Source: Candidatus Borrarchaeum weybense (GTDB taxonomy: Archaea; Asgardarchaeota; Sifarchaeia; Borrarchaeales; Borrarchaeaceae). From it: a stretch of 64,000 nucleotides of DNA. This document shows positions 19,467 through 29,817 of the stretch, piece after piece. A program made the position numbers and the translations under genes. The stretch spans positions 916,727 through 980,726 of the forward strand of contig JAHQJS010000004.1 in NCBI GenBank assembly GCA_019057385.1. Direction: 5' to 3'. Each line of letters begins with the position of its first letter. The first letter of the stretch is position 1. Under the pieces are notes generated by a model. It was not told where the DNA came from. It saw nothing but the letters and a program-made list of their open reading frames with translations, and ran no database searches.

Positions 19467-20375
19467 GTGCTAATCAAATCAATAGTAGAAAATATGGAGG
19501 CGACCCAATATATGAGAATTATTAAGATTTCTACTGCACAATTCTCTTTAAAACCTATCAAAAGTTTCTCAGAGTTCGAGGATCACGTTATCTCCTGCTT
19601 AAAACAAGCTGAAGGATCTGATTTCGTTGTATTTCCTGAATTATTTACATTTGAATTGTTGACAACCTTCTCTGATGCAAAGAATTTTACAACTATGGAT
19701 AAAAAAAAGACGTCTGAGTTTACCAACCAGTATCTAGATCTTTTCTCAAGACTTGCAAGACAAAACGGTCAATATATTGTTGCAGGATCGCACTTAAAGA
19801 AAGAAGGAATCAATTATTATAATTCATGCTATCTGTTTGGTCCAGATGGGACAGTATTTGAGCATAAAAAGACCCACATCTTTCCAGCGGAGGGAGAATG
19901 GGATACCGCTGAAGGCAATATATTAGAAATCTTAGAGCTAGAAAAAGCAAAGGTGGGTTTATTAATCTGTTATGAGGCGGAAATTCCAGAATGTGCAAGG
20001 ATTCTCGCTTTAAAAGGTGCCGAGATTATTTTCTGTCCTTCATTCACATCAAGCGAAGCTGGGTTTTGGCGAGTAAGACATTGCTGCCAAGCGAGGTGCA
20101 TAGAAAATCAGATTTATATGGTGCACTGTTGCACGGTGGGCGATGCAGGCATATTGGATCTCGCTGGATGGGGGAGAGCCTCAATACTTAGCCCTTGTGA
20201 TACTCCTTGGCCTTCAAACGGAGTAATTGCAGAAGCAAAATCAAACAAGGAAATGGTAATAACCGCTGAAGTTGACCTCGATGAGCTTTACGTCAACAGA
20301 GAAACAGGTGCTGCCACTACCTTCAAAGATCGCACTCGGAGGGCGGAACTTTACAAGTGGTTATATGATCGTTAG
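19467..20375 (+). CDS. Carbon-nitrogen hydrolase (nitrilase/amidase) family protein
   Basis: Catalytic E-K-C in VFPE, KKTH, ICYEAE; QARCIENQ. Confidence 0.92.
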   Translation: MLIKSIVENMEATQYMRIIKISTAQFSLKPIKSFSEFEDHVISCLKQAEGSDFVVFPELFTFELLTTFSDAKNFTTMDKKKTSEFTNQYLDLFSRLARQNGQYIVAGSHLKKEGINYYNSCYLFGPDGTVFEHKKTHIFPAEGEWDTAEGNILEILELEKAKVGLLICYEAEIPECARILALKGAEIIFCPSFTSSEAGFWRVRHCCQARCIENQIYMVHCCTVGDAGILDLAGWGRASILSPCDTPWPSNGVIAEAKSNKEMVITAEVDLDELYVNRETGAATTFKDRTRRAELYKWLYDR

Positions 20376-20530
20376 TTTCAAACCCATCTTTCATCTCATT
20401 TTTTTATAAAATGCGTTAAACTATCTTTAAGTTGTACTAAAGACGCCCTTTAGAAAATACTGCATTTCATCTATAAGAAACCAAAAGACTAAAAGAGATC
20501 TTAATTGACCTGTTTACAAAATTTAATGTC

Positions 20531-21706
20531 GTGAAGCTTGTGCCTTTAAATAGAAAAATCTCCATCATTTTCGGTATCTCCCTATGTGGAATAGTTGGCA
20601 ATAGTGCAATAATACCCGCACTTCCAAAAATAGCTCACGAATTAAATGTATCATTACTGTCAATTGGACTTTTAATAACAGCGTTTACGCTTCCAGGTAT
20701 TTTTCTGGCGCCTGTTATCGGTGTTCTAAGCGACAATTTTGGCAGAAAACAAGTTATAATACCCTGTCTTTTTCTATTCGGTACTGCAGGAGGCTTAAGT
20801 TTTTTTGCAGCAAACTTCACACAATTACTTATCTTGAGATTTATAACGGGTATAGGTGGCTCAGGTTTAACTATTTTAGCTGTAATCCTCATAGGCGATT
20901 TTTACGATGGCAATGCCCGCGTAAAGGCCATGGGAATCAATACTAGTGTAATAAATGTTGGCATGGGGAGTTTTCCACTTGTCGGCGGTGCTCTCGCGCT
21001 AATCGGCGCGACATACCCATTTTTATTGCTTCTTTTAGGAGTAGTTGTGGGTTTTTTAGCTCTTTTCTTACTAGAAAATCCAGAAGGTTCGCAGGCATCC
21101 TCTACTTTTGAATATTTTCACAAATCTATAGAGTACTTGAAGAAACCTGGGAGTATAATTCTCTTCTTGACTGCAATTATTGCGTTTATCGTGATATACG
21201 GGGCAATCCACTACGCTTTAACACTACTATTTGCCGTAAAATTTGGACTGAATTCATTCCAGATAGGTATTTTTTCATCCCTTTTATCATTCACAATAGC
21301 AGCAACTTCTAGTCAAGCTGATAAAATCGAGAGCCGTTTGTCTCCTCGTGCCGTTTTAACACTCGCATTTTGCTTTGAGGGTATTAGCTTGGTGATGATT
21401 CCTATTATTCATCGTATAATACTCATGATTATACCGGTCGTAATTTTTGGCTTCGGCTTTGGTTTAGCTTTACCTTTGTTTCTAACGTCAGCGACAAGAC
21501 TTGGTCCTATGGAACTTCGAGGAGTTTTATCTAGCTTAATTTATTCTGGAATCCGCATAGGACAAACTACAGGTCCAATACTCATGGGACTTGTCGTGCT
21601 ATATTCTTCATTAGAAATTATCTTTTTGTGGAGCGCAATAATATCATTTAGCGTTTCGTTTATTGGGTTCTTTGCATGGAAAATTTTTGAAACGGGATTA
21701 TATTAG
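20531..21706 (+). CDS. MFS transporter
   Basis: About 12 hydrophobic segments; motif A GVLSDNFGRK. Confidence 0.92.
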   Translation: MKLVPLNRKISIIFGISLCGIVGNSAIIPALPKIAHELNVSLLSIGLLITAFTLPGIFLAPVIGVLSDNFGRKQVIIPCLFLFGTAGGLSFFAANFTQLLILRFITGIGGSGLTILAVILIGDFYDGNARVKAMGINTSVINVGMGSFPLVGGALALIGATYPFLLLLLGVVVGFLALFLLENPEGSQASSTFEYFHKSIEYLKKPGSIILFLTAIIAFIVIYGAIHYALTLLFAVKFGLNSFQIGIFSSLLSFTIAATSSQADKIESRLSPRAVLTLAFCFEGISLVMIPIIHRIILMIIPVVIFGFGFGLALPLFLTSATRLGPMELRGVLSSLIYSGIRIGQTTGPILMGLVVLYSSLEIIFLWSAIISFSVSFIGFFAWKIFETGLY

Positions 21707-21983
21707 CGTTAGACTGCTATATATCCATAAGGGAAAAGGGAAGAAAAAGAGTTTTGAAGGAAAGCGCGCCCACCTGCAGACGTCCCTTATCCCTTAAGAT
21801 ACGCTTAGTATCACCAAGGTTTTGACAGCCTAATATATAAGAACCACACTTTTTTTATCAATAGATGTCTCTCGATGGTTAGCACAAAAGTTCTCTTTGA
21901 ACTGCTCGGAAAAAAAATTTTAAATACATTTTAAATTCACGAATAATGTACAAAATCAAAAATTCGAGGCAAAGGAAAACCAA

Positions 21984-23222
21984 ATGTATCCTAAACTTGC
22001 AAATCATGTAGTCCTTCGAGTATTAGAACATCCCGTACTTTATGATTTTGTTAATAATGAACTTTATGAATTAGAAAATGATGAGTATCAATGGATGAGA
22101 TATTTTACCGGCTATTCTTCTCTCAATCTGCTCTTAAGTCAATTTAATGATTCAAGGGATGAGTTTTTAGGATTTCTTAAGGAACTAAAAAATGAGAGGT
22201 TAATCGAACTAAAAGATAAAAAGGCGTCGGAGATCCCATTCTATTCTGTAGATCAATCTACACTCCCTAGTTTGCGAACGTTACTGTTGCATGTTACCAC
22301 GAAATGTAACTTAGCATGTCTTCATTGTTATCTTGATAAAAGTGCTCCAATTGAGTTAGATCTGCAGATTCTACTTGAAATAGTTCGGCAATTCGATCAA
22401 ATGCAAGGATTGAAACTTCTCATATCTGGTGGAGAACCACTTCTTCATTCAAAGATCTTTGAATTCTTAGAAAAGATTAGAGAATACAAAATACGAAAGA
22501 TTCTTTTGTCAAATGGGTTGCTTATTGATAAAGAAACCGCAGAACGCCTAAAAGATCTTGTAAATGAGGTCCAGATCAGTATTGATGGAATTAAAAGCCA
22601 TGATCGTTTTCGAGATATGAAAGGGGCGTTTGAAAGATCGATTGCTGCAATTAAAACGTTACAGTCATTTGGCATTCGGGTAAGCGTAGCAACCATGGTT
22701 CACAAAGAGAATATTGACGAATTACCAGAACTTGAACAAATTCTCAAAGACATGAATATAGAAAGTTGGATGTTAGATGCTCCATCGCCCTCAGGAAATT
22801 TTTTAGAGAATTTAGAACTTCAAGCATCAGTAGAAGACGCCGCAAGGGCTTTGAAGAAATATGGTTGGGGCTATACTTTTGAGGATAGCTCAAATATTTA
22901 TGCATGTGGGGCGCATCTTGCTGCCATAATGAGCAACGGTGACGTTGCAAAATGTGGATTTTTTGAAGATCAACCCGTTGGTAATATTCAGACCAATCCT
23001 CTTCTTTCCTGTTGGGAAAAAATCAAGGACAACTGGATCTGGAGACTCGATGCTCTGAATTGTCGAGAACTAGATTGCCCACATCTATCGGATTGTAAAG
23101 GAGGATGTCGTTATAGAGCCTTTCAGTATAGTAAAAATCTTATGGGGGAAGATCCTGTCAAATGCGGAATATACGGCTTTAAATCGAGTCGATTTTTTCA
23201 GGAAACTGATTCTTTGCTATAA
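21984..23222 (+). CDS. Radical SAM/SPASM protein with N-terminal PqqD/RRE-like extension
   Basis: CNLACLHC, SGGEP, SPASM C..C...CKGGCRYRA..DPVKC. Confidence 0.88.
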   Translation: MYPKLANHVVLRVLEHPVLYDFVNNELYELENDEYQWMRYFTGYSSLNLLLSQFNDSRDEFLGFLKELKNERLIELKDKKASEIPFYSVDQSTLPSLRTLLLHVTTKCNLACLHCYLDKSAPIELDLQILLEIVRQFDQMQGLKLLISGGEPLLHSKIFEFLEKIREYKIRKILLSNGLLIDKETAERLKDLVNEVQISIDGIKSHDRFRDMKGAFERSIAAIKTLQSFGIRVSVATMVHKENIDELPELEQILKDMNIESWMLDAPSPSGNFLENLELQASVEDAARALKKYGWGYTFEDSSNIYACGAHLAAIMSNGDVAKCGFFEDQPVGNIQTNPLLSCWEKIKDNWIWRLDALNCRELDCPHLSDCKGGCRYRAFQYSKNLMGEDPVKCGIYGFKSSRFFQETDSLL

Positions 23223-23301
23223 GTTTGTGTTGCTACGGGTTATTGCTTTAAATGGATGATCACTCTTCTTAAAAAAATAGTTTTCTAAAATTATTTATCA
23301 A

Positions 23302-24492
23302 TTAAACGTTTATGTGATTCTCATATACTATTTCAGTAATTTCATCATCCGATAAATCTGGAAAGCGATTATTAAGGATTTCAACGATTCTACTCATATA
23401 AAATATTTCTAAACCTGCAGGATTTTTTATAGTCTCCTTCAGTCTAAACGGTCTGGATAATAGTGGACCTCCCATTTCCTTTTCAGATGAGATAAATGTG
23501 TTACCCGTAAACAGTGTATTGATAAATTTTCTAATAGTTATCTTTGGTATTTCGTTTGTATCATTAAACAAAATGTCTATCATTTGATGCATTGACATTG
23601 AAAGATTTTTTCTAAAGACTTCAAATAGAATTGTGAAGAGTTTTAAACGTTGAGATGAATCATTAATATACCTTAAATTCTTTTTGAGAAAACTTTTTGC
23701 ATCAGCTTTGAGATCCACAGGCTGTACTTCTGGCAATTCCATTTCGGCAAAATAGATTTTAGGTTGTTGATCTGTCAGATCAATCTTTTCAACAATTTCT
23801 CCTACAAATGATTCAACGAAGTCCTTAAAACTCCGAAATCCCAATCTTTTTTCAGAAAATGAAGGGTCTAATCTCAGTAAATCTTGCTTAAGCTTTGCCA
23901 TCAATACTGGTTCATCATCTGATTTGCTTTTGATATATCTTATCATTAAATCCTTCCCTAAAGAAATATTCATCTCTTCAGTTAAATCTGAAGATAATGA
24001 ATCCTTTTCAGGTGCACCTAGTATTTCATCAATAGATTTAAACTCGGTGCCACTACTTTTAATCAAGGGACCTACACTATGTTCAAATCCTAAAACTATT
24101 ACTTTTTTTCCCCTTGCCAGAATTCGTTGAATAAGAGGGATAAAATCGGTATCTCCTGAGCAAATAATGATGATATTAATTATTTTAAATAACTCTAGAT
24201 TTTCCATTGCATCAATTGCCAATCTGACGTCAGAACCATTTTTACCTTGTGAAGTTGTTGCTGGAAGATGTATCATTTCAAATCCATGTTCCATTAACGA
24301 TCTTTGATATTGAGCAAAAATGTGCTTAGACCAATCCGCATAGGCTCTTTTTATGCAAATATTTCCCTTAGATGTTGCGAAATCAACGAGAGGTCCAAGT
24401 GATAATGGTTTCTCCTTTGAAGGATAAACTTCTTCTGCAGAAAGGGCTAAATTTTCGAAATCCAAATAGATCGCGACATTTTCATCTGACAT
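23302..24492 (-). CDS. NYN (LabA/DUF88) ribonuclease domain + LOTUS/OST-HTH protein
   Basis: IYLDFEN, KNGSDVRLAIDA, SGDTDF; LOTUS-like DPSFSEKRLGFRSFKDF; ATG 24492 preferred. Confidence 0.85.
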   Translation of the reverse strand: MSDENVAIYLDFENLALSAEEVYPSKEKPLSLGPLVDFATSKGNICIKRAYADWSKHIFAQYQRSLMEHGFEMIHLPATTSQGKNGSDVRLAIDAMENLELFKIINIIIICSGDTDFIPLIQRILARGKKVIVLGFEHSVGPLIKSSGTEFKSIDEILGAPEKDSLSSDLTEEMNISLGKDLMIRYIKSKSDDEPVLMAKLKQDLLRLDPSFSEKRLGFRSFKDFVESFVGEIVEKIDLTDQQPKIYFAEMELPEVQPVDLKADAKSFLKKNLRYINDSSQRLKLFTILFEVFRKNLSMSMHQMIDILFNDTNEIPKITIRKFINTLFTGNTFISSEKEMGGPLLSRPFRLKETIKNPAGLEIFYMSRIVEILNNRFPDLSDDEITEIVYENHINV

Positions 24493-24849
24493 TAAAAAAC
24501 CTCTGTTTGTTTCCACAAGTAATTTCAATGGCATTATACAAGCGGATTAAACATCTGAAGAAAGAATTCAAGATATCTGTAACATGCAAGACTGTGAAAT
24601 GTTCAATTAATTTATGCTCAATCATATAAATAAATTTTTACAATTTTATTTTTTCGCACAGTTATTGATCTTCTACTCATTTTCTGCAATAAATTGTTGT
24701 GGACAAATCTAAATTATTAAAATGATTAGAAATGTCCTTTCACACAAAGAAACTATTTACGAATCCAAATAAATTGTGACATATATTTAAAAACTACTCA
24801 AGTAAAGTTGTAAAGAGTTAAAATAGAGTAAGAAGAATCAGTTAAATCG

Positions 24850-24986
24850 TATCTCCCCTCTTCTTCGATCCATTTAGTCACAATCTCTGCCCTACAGCAG
24901 ACGTTTCCGTCCACCCATCAGCATCAATCATTTTTTGCCAGGCAGGCGTCGTTAGAGCGCCACCAATTAGCATTATGTTGTCATCT
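24850..24986 (-). pseudogene. Decayed 3' fragment of a second corrinoid-protein (mtmC-like) gene
   Basis: Aligns at DNA level with 27561-27698; reads DDNIMLIGGALTTPAWQKMIDADGWTETSA then a 1-nt frameshift. Confidence 0.8.
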
Positions 24987-25026
24987 AGTCTTTTTCAGAA
25001 AAGTGATTGATTTAAGGCATTTTCAA

Positions 25027-25071
25027 CTGATTGGGCGAAGGATTCTCTTTCCGACAGGAGGGGGAGTTGAC
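25027..25071 (+). mobile_element. Degenerate PATE related to 990-1041
   Basis: CTGAT..GCGAAGGATTCTCTTTCCGACAGGAGGGGGAGTTGAC shares the TTCCGACAGG core and GTTGAC end. Confidence 0.6.
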
Positions 25072-25208
25072 CTGAAATTGATTCTTATTTTCTTATAGCA
25101 AGATACCTTTTTTCCAACTCATTACTTCTTATATGACTTAGTCATATATGACTTTTAATTCACTTGAAAAAAAAATCATTATCTTATAGAGAATGGGTGA
25201 TTTAAACA

Positions 25209-26375
25209 ATGAGCAGCACTATCGAAAGATGGTATTGGCTTGATTGGCTGAGAGTCATTGCGATGGGCACAATTTTTTTCTATCATAGCGGAAGACCTTT
25301 CATCATTACTCCATGGCATATTATGAATCCCGAACCAGATCCACTATTTACTCTGGTTAATGTCTTCGTAACAGGGTGGATCATGCCGTTGTTTTTTGTA
25401 ATTTCGGGAATGGCGACATATTTTTCTCTGGGTAAACGGAATGCTTTACAATTCGCTAAGACGAGATTCCTGCGACTCATGGTTCCTTTCATTTTTGCTT
25501 TGTTTACAATCCTCTATGTGCATGTTTACTTTACTGCAGTTTTTAATGGCGACTATACAGGATCCTTTTTTGAAGGCTACTTTTGGGACTACTTTCTTTA
25601 CGGTTTTCCTTTAGATTTAGTTCCCAGGTTGACCTATTTTGCTGGAGCAAATCAGGGAATATACCTCTGGTATCTTTTCTGGCTTTTCGTGTTTTCATTG
25701 ATAACAGTACATTTCTTCAAGTATCTGCGAGAAAAAGATAACAAAATTTCAAAACTGGCAACAATTTGTAATAGACGAGGAGGAATCTTCTTACTTGCGA
25801 TCCCCTTGATTATTGTGGATTTAGCTGCGATTCCGCCCTTTTTTGTGTTCCCTTCCGGCTACGGAGGCTGGAAACTGCCCACTTATCTCATTTTTTTCAT
25901 ACTAGCATACGTGGTGGCTTCTAATTCACAATTCATGCAGTCCATAGACAAAAATGGCTTGATTGCGCTTATAGTAGGTATTGTTACTAGCGTGCTTATT
26001 CTTGTTGTTTTTATAGCATTTGGCCTTGACGTTCTTGTCTCACTAAGTGGTTATCTTCTATTCACGCCACTTTGGGCGTTCAATGGCTGGTCTTGGATCA
26101 TAGCTTTACTCTTTCTGGGACGGAAATTCCTGAGTTTCAATCATCGATATTTGCAGTTCTCAAATGAACTTGTCCTACCATTCTATGTCCTTCATGAAAC
26201 TGTAATCGTCGCAGTAGCCTTCTTTGTTGTCAGTTTGAATTTAATTGTGATGGTAAAATATTTCATCATCTTCTCAGTATCATTCGCGATTATAAGCCTC
26301 TTACTAATACCTATCAGACAAATCAACGTGCTTCGGTTCCTATTCGGTATGAGATTAAAGAAAAAAAGCGCATAA
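25209..26375 (+). CDS. Acyltransferase-3 family membrane protein (OpgC/MdoC-like)
   Basis: WLDWLRV, MPLFFVISG, RFLRLMVP, LWYL, YVLH motifs. Confidence 0.88.
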   Translation: MSSTIERWYWLDWLRVIAMGTIFFYHSGRPFIITPWHIMNPEPDPLFTLVNVFVTGWIMPLFFVISGMATYFSLGKRNALQFAKTRFLRLMVPFIFALFTILYVHVYFTAVFNGDYTGSFFEGYFWDYFLYGFPLDLVPRLTYFAGANQGIYLWYLFWLFVFSLITVHFFKYLREKDNKISKLATICNRRGGIFLLAIPLIIVDLAAIPPFFVFPSGYGGWKLPTYLIFFILAYVVASNSQFMQSIDKNGLIALIVGIVTSVLILVVFIAFGLDVLVSLSGYLLFTPLWAFNGWSWIIALLFLGRKFLSFNHRYLQFSNELVLPFYVLHETVIVAVAFFVVSLNLIVMVKYFIIFSVSFAIISLLLIPIRQINVLRFLFGMRLKKKSA

Positions 26376-26577
26376 TTGCAAAACTTTTTTGAAGCTATCC
26401 TCCCTTCTTTTTTTTGCTATGTTCTATATTTCTTATTCCACGCTCGAATTGGCGTTATCTTCCAGAAAAACGCTACATTTTGCTACGATGACAAAAAAAA
26501 TTCTCAGGTAAAAAAATAAGAAAAGGAAAGTTGAGAAAACCGATGCTTTCTACTCCTACTTATCCTATTAATCCCTC

Positions 26578-27402
26578 TTATAACTTGTAAAGGTCAATGT
26601 TGCCGTTTGTATTCGTAATGGTAAGGTCATAGCCACCGTCTCCCATAGTGCCTTCAACGCTGGTAGCCGAGGAAGATTCTAAGTCTAATTGAACATCGTG
26701 AATTGTTATCACCCCATTTGTTGTCGACATCGAAAGATCAGCGTTTAAGTCCTCCGATACATACGCAGTAATCGCTCCATTTGTAGTTTTGATTTCTACA
26801 TTGTTACTAAGAGACGGGATCTCGACTATAATTCTGCCATTGGTTGTTTCTGTCCCACGAACACTTGTGACATCTTCGATTGTAATGCCGCCGTTGGTGG
26901 TCTCTGCATCCACATAGCCGTCAACGTCCTTCACGTTTATATTGCCATTGGTGCTGATCAAAGTTGTGTCTCCAGTAGTTCCCTCCAATGAGATACCTCC
27001 ATTCGTAGTTTCTAGGTGCTCGACGGATACATCTGCCGGGACCTTTATCCAATAATTCACAGTCACCCGAGGAGTTCTAAAAAACCAAAATAGGTTCGTA
27101 TAGGTCGTTTTGACGGTCATTTCATTTCCGGTGGTCACTTCTATACTGACTTTGTCCAGTTCACTTTGCCCATATTGGGTCACTTTTTCGGCATAAACCT
27201 CAACATCATCGTTATTCCATCCTTCAACGATTATGTCTCCGTTTTGATTATCAACCGTCAGCACTGTCCCAGCTTCAACATCATAGGTTTGTTGAAATTC
27301 CTCAGAGGCGAATTGAGCAACAGTGGGCTGTACGCATCCAATAAAGCTCATTGTAAAAAGAATAGAGATCATTACCAATGCGATTCTATATTTTCGCACC
27401 AT
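26578..27402 (-). CDS. Secreted DUF4097-like beta-strand repeat (adhesin-type) protein
   Basis: Signal peptide with Cys; repeated TTNG.I motifs. Confidence 0.82.
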   Translation of the reverse strand: MVRKYRIALVMISILFTMSFIGCVQPTVAQFASEEFQQTYDVEAGTVLTVDNQNGDIIVEGWNNDDVEVYAEKVTQYGQSELDKVSIEVTTGNEMTVKTTYTNLFWFFRTPRVTVNYWIKVPADVSVEHLETTNGGISLEGTTGDTTLISTNGNINVKDVDGYVDAETTNGGITIEDVTSVRGTETTNGRIIVEIPSLSNNVEIKTTNGAITAYVSEDLNADLSMSTTNGVITIHDVQLDLESSSATSVEGTMGDGGYDLTITNTNGNIDLYKL

Positions 27403-27559
27403 ACTGATACCTCGAATTCTTTCTATAAACCTAGAAATAGGTATTAGCTATACGGACTTATATTCTTTCAAAGCAGGTATGGATAAGATGGCTCACAAAA
27501 AATGTCCTACTTGTGTGTGGAATCAAAACAAAGGTCAAATAATAATTTAACATCCAGTT

Positions 27560-28213
27560 CTATTTTCCCTTTTCTTTCATCCATTTAGCCGCAATCTTTG
27601 CTGCTCCGGCAGCTGTTTCTGCCCAAGCATCAGCACCAATCTCCTCTTGCCAGGCAGGCGTTGTTGGAGCGCCCCCAATTAATACTATATAGTCATCTCG
27701 TTTTCCTAAGGCTTCTAACAGCTCAAGAACTTCTTTTTGAGATCCCATCGTGGTCGCCATAAGTGCGGAAAGAGCAATTATATCAGCATTTACTTCCTCA
27801 GCTTTTTCAATGAACTGCATAGAGGGAACTTTATTTCCTAAGTCAAATACTTCAAAACCAGAAACTTCCATCATCACTTTGACAATGTTCTTTCCAATAT
27901 CATGAACGTCCCCAAATACTGTTCCTAATACAACCTTGCCTTTTGTCTTAGGAAGCTCAGTGGATTTCTTAAGTGGTTCTATAAGAATAGAAGTAGCAGC
28001 TTGCATCGCTTCGGCGGCAACCACAAGTTCAGGGAGAAAAATCTCCATTTTATCGAATTTCTCACCTATTTGCTCCATCGTAGGGACTAAAACCTCATCG
28101 ATCGCTTTTAATGGATCAATTTGGGCAATTAAAATTTCTTTTGCCACTTGTTTTGCCTTTTCAGGTTCGTATTTCTCCACAGCATTCTTTAATGCTTCGA
28201 AAAGATTCTCCAT
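27560..28213 (-). CDS. mtmC: Methyltransferase cognate corrinoid protein
   Basis: GDVHDIGKNIV B12-binding motif, SALMATT, IGGAP; ATG 28213 preferred; adjacent to mtmB. Confidence 0.9.
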   Translation of the reverse strand: MENLFEALKNAVEKYEPEKAKQVAKEILIAQIDPLKAIDEVLVPTMEQIGEKFDKMEIFLPELVVAAEAMQAATSILIEPLKKSTELPKTKGKVVLGTVFGDVHDIGKNIVKVMMEVSGFEVFDLGNKVPSMQFIEKAEEVNADIIALSALMATTMGSQKEVLELLEALGKRDDYIVLIGGAPTTPAWQEEIGADAWAETAAGAAKIAAKWMKEKGK

Positions 28214-28238
28214 TTTTAAACACATCCTTAAATTTAAG

Positions 28239-29615
28239 CTAAAATTTGAGTCCAAGATCTTCAAGTTCTTTTTTGACTCGTGTAAAAATGTTAACGTGTT
28301 CTTCAGAGGGCTTAACCGTGTTCAAATCATAGCATTCTTGAAATGTAAGCCCTAGAGGTGGGTTTTTTAAATTTTGTTCATATTTTGACATAATTTTGGT
28401 CACTAGGTCGTTGGCATCAGTTCTTTTCAATCCCGTTGCTGCATGGCCAACTTCGCAGCCCATCTTAGCTTCCATTCCAGTATTTCGATCTGGGTATTGA
28501 CTTTTAGCTGCCGATGCATTATTGATATGACATCCAGAAACAGCACCAGCTATACTCATCGCCGCAACCTCAAGGAAACACATATCTGTACAAGGACCAG
28601 CTGCAGTTATAGCCTCTGAAGCAGTAAGCAGATGAGTATTTCGACTAAGAGCTTGACATACAATGCTGGCAATCCAAATGGTTTCAGGTGCCGTACTACA
28701 AGAATATTTGAGATGCAGAGGCGGAAAGTCCGAATAAGCGACATTATAAGTAAGGACTCCCTGTAAATGATGTGCTAGGGTAACTATGGCGGTTCCTTCA
28801 GGTCCTCCTGCATATCCTCCCATTAACGGCACATACACGCCTCCTATCAAGACAGTATCTTGATCAGAGTAGTATAACGCCTTAGCGAGTTGACTATAAT
28901 CTGTTTTAAGCTCAGCAAGCGTAGCGATGAGCATTCCATCCACAGGTCTAACGCCAAGTTCTGGTTGATTCATGTTGATATACGAGGCCTCTGACAGAGC
29001 GCTTCCTATCAGATTATGAAATCCAATCAAAGGACGACCTGCTCTCTTTGTTCCTTCTTTTGCATAAATGAGATTGTAAGTAGATGCTAAGATTTCAATA
29101 GGAGTGCCTGCTCGTGGCACCATTCCAAATATAGTCTTTAATGGATATCCTCCACTTACTGTATCGGCTAATGGTTCTTGTGCAAGACTCTGAACTACTT
29201 TTGCATAAATATCCTCAGAGATTTCGCAACCACCTGAAGTTAAACATAAAGGTGGTTTTCTATCTTCAATACGTCTATTAGCCATTACTCTTTCATCAGT
29301 TCCAGCTCCGAACGTAATTTGACTTGGTGCTTCATGTAGTGCTAACCTTATCTCATCTTCCTCAAACTTGATTTGTCGATGTGTACTTAAACAATAAGTG
29401 CCTGTTTCTAAATAAAGTTCCAAAGCGGCATTAAACACAGCGTCCGCCAAACTATCGTCGGAAGGAACTAAAACCTCTGGATCATATCTTATATCATAAT
29501 CTTTAATTAATTCTTTGAGTTTTAATCTCATTATACTAAAATCAAAGTCTTTTTCCATACAAATTGGACCATCTTCAGCTCTCTTGATGACGTCTAATAA
29601 TTTTGATGCATGCAT
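28239..29615 (-). CDS. mtmB: Monomethylamine:corrinoid methyltransferase MtmB family protein, without in-frame amber codon
   Basis: 458 aa; RAEDGP.C...DFD, P.DDSLADAVF, GTYCLSTHR.IK, AGRP, GGYAGGPEG, AGPCT.MC, TGMEA, FQECYD match the MtmB pattern. Confidence 0.9.
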   Translation of the reverse strand: MHASKLLDVIKRAEDGPICMEKDFDFSIMRLKLKELIKDYDIRYDPEVLVPSDDSLADAVFNAALELYLETGTYCLSTHRQIKFEEDEIRLALHEAPSQITFGAGTDERVMANRRIEDRKPPLCLTSGGCEISEDIYAKVVQSLAQEPLADTVSGGYPLKTIFGMVPRAGTPIEILASTYNLIYAKEGTKRAGRPLIGFHNLIGSALSEASYINMNQPELGVRPVDGMLIATLAELKTDYSQLAKALYYSDQDTVLIGGVYVPLMGGYAGGPEGTAIVTLAHHLQGVLTYNVAYSDFPPLHLKYSCSTAPETIWIASIVCQALSRNTHLLTASEAITAAGPCTDMCFLEVAAMSIAGAVSGCHINNASAAKSQYPDRNTGMEAKMGCEVGHAATGLKRTDANDLVTKIMSKYEQNLKNPPLGLTFQECYDLNTVKPSEEHVNIFTRVKKELEDLGLKF

Positions 29616-29817
29616 GTACCATATCTTCCTTCATTTCTATTCATATAGCAAGCCTTTCGACTTCTCATCTTATGAACTTAATATTCTTTTTGTTTTGGAT
29701 ATGTATCTAAGGAAAACTAATGCAGTAAACATGTAGTATTATAACAATTTATTCATCATTTTTCCATAAACTATTTGAAATGTAGCTTCCTCTGGATATC
29801 AGGGAAAAAGAGTACAG

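Noticed and set aside
28214-28264. Longer N-terminus of the corrinoid protein given in the ORF track
   Set aside because: Overlaps the mtmB 3' end; ATG 28213 gives a normal-length protein
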